From Antedon mediterranea (lineage: Eukaryota; Animalia; Echinodermata), in assembly GCF_964355755.1 (NCBI RefSeq), contig NC_092679.1, forward strand, positions 16,227,432 through 16,291,431: a stretch of DNA of 64,000 nucleotides. Direction: 5' to 3'. The notes under the pieces are model-generated. The model did not search any database. It was not told the origin of the DNA and was given only the letters and a program-made list of their open reading frames with translations. This document shows positions 62,746-64,000 of this stretch, one piece after another; within the stretch, counting starts at the first letter, position 1; each line of letters starts with the position of its first letter. A program made the position numbers and the translations under genes.

Positions 62746-64000
62746 CTAAAGAAGAAAGAGAATTAAATCAGGGATGACAGTTGACTGATAAAACCAAGTT
62801 AATAAGTATTAACTGTATTCTTATGTTTATTGCAATGGAAATTGGAAAGTATCGTATTTACAATCTACCGACTACTTATTGCAAATCTTAACAAAAACAA
62901 AACATTTTTGGCGCTATATTCTATGCAACAATAATTTTTTTTAAATACACAAAAAAGATACATTTTAATTTAAATAACACTAAACAAGAAATATTTCTTT
63001 TTGATTGAACAGTTTTTTATACATAGTGTTTTGAAGATGGGGATTATGATTGGATTCAGTTTTCCTTCTGCAAGAAACCAGAGCTTTTTTGGGTGGGTGT
63101 TGAAATTGGGCTAGATAGAACGCCTTAAAATAAGCATGTGGGTGGATGAAAGGCTTTGAAAGTGAGTGTCAGTACAATTACACTTATACACAGTAGGAGA
63201 CTACTACCACCTTTGCTTTAGATCAAGGCAATCTAACAGCAGAATGCTACTCTAAGTTCAGGAGAGCAAATGGTTTATCTGTGGCTGCAACATGATCAGT
63301 TCCATGCCCCTTAACGCTGTGGAGTATATGTACAAACAGTAGTACAGTACTTTAGGTATTTGTTGCAGTCAGACATAATATCAAACGACTGTTACAAGTT
63401 CCTATCTTGACCAGGCGAGCTCAGTGTCCTGTTGTTGGATTGCCTTGCCTTTATAATGCATGTAATTAGGCCGGTTTCAAAGTTCAATATATGTATTCAA
63501 TAATTAATACTTTTAAAAAGAACTCGATTCTTATTATATCACTAAAAATCTGCCATAAACAAAAGGATGCTATTTTTAGAAGATTCTAATAATGGTACAC
63601 TATTGTAAAACCTGTTGCATAAATTGTGAGTTTGAAAAATCAATAACTGTCAAGTAAATGACATTACAGAGATTTTAATGAAAGCTAGGCTGACAAACAA
63701 GTGCTTTCAATGGTGTACCACATACTGGTAATGTCTTCAATACCTTTGTCTTCGAGACTGAACAGATGAGTAATGCTAGGCTTAAGAGTTGTTGAATTAT
63801 CATCAATAAATGGAATAGGACTATAACATAAGTAACTCACAACTGATGGTTATTGAATAAATGTTGATTGATTATAGTTGAAATATATTCAACATTTACT
63901 AAAATATATTTTACTGTAGGCCATGTTCAGACTGAGGCATGGTGTAAAATAATTGATCAGATTACAATCTAGGGTGTTACTGTTACTGTTCAGACTAACA

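Overview
AT-rich, intron-rich animal genomic DNA. The Deu/Nin-type SINEs and the gene content suggest a marine invertebrate deuterostome such as an echinoderm, which is an inference only. Two host genes lie on the minus strand. (1) A complete 11-coding-exon SCCPDH (saccharopine dehydrogenase-like oxidoreductase) gene at 36224->16263, assembled by hand: all introns GT-AG, phases consistent, 1302-nt CDS, 433 aa. (2) The last two coding exons of a NOVA/pasilla KH-domain splicing regulator at 62745-62597 and 50965-49817; its 5' part lies beyond the window. The rest is repeat-rich. It includes two long-TIR non-autonomous DNA transposons with TAG..CTA ends and 3-bp TSDs (Academ-like), a ~5.7-kb satellite built entirely of palindromes, LINE fragments (RTE, CR1/Jockey group, L2), Penelope-like fragments, tRNA-derived SINEs, many MITEs and several minisatellites. 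The most notable observations are: a back-to-back pair of minimal hammerhead ribozymes in SCCPDH intron 7, one in the pre-mRNA sense; dense YCAY (NOVA-binding) clusters in NOVA's own last intron and downstream of its stop, next to a candidate poison exon; a SINE whose B-box segment is amplified 7-fold; and a 27-bp P-like mini-element with a perfect 7-bp TSD. All calls are by eye, with no database searches.
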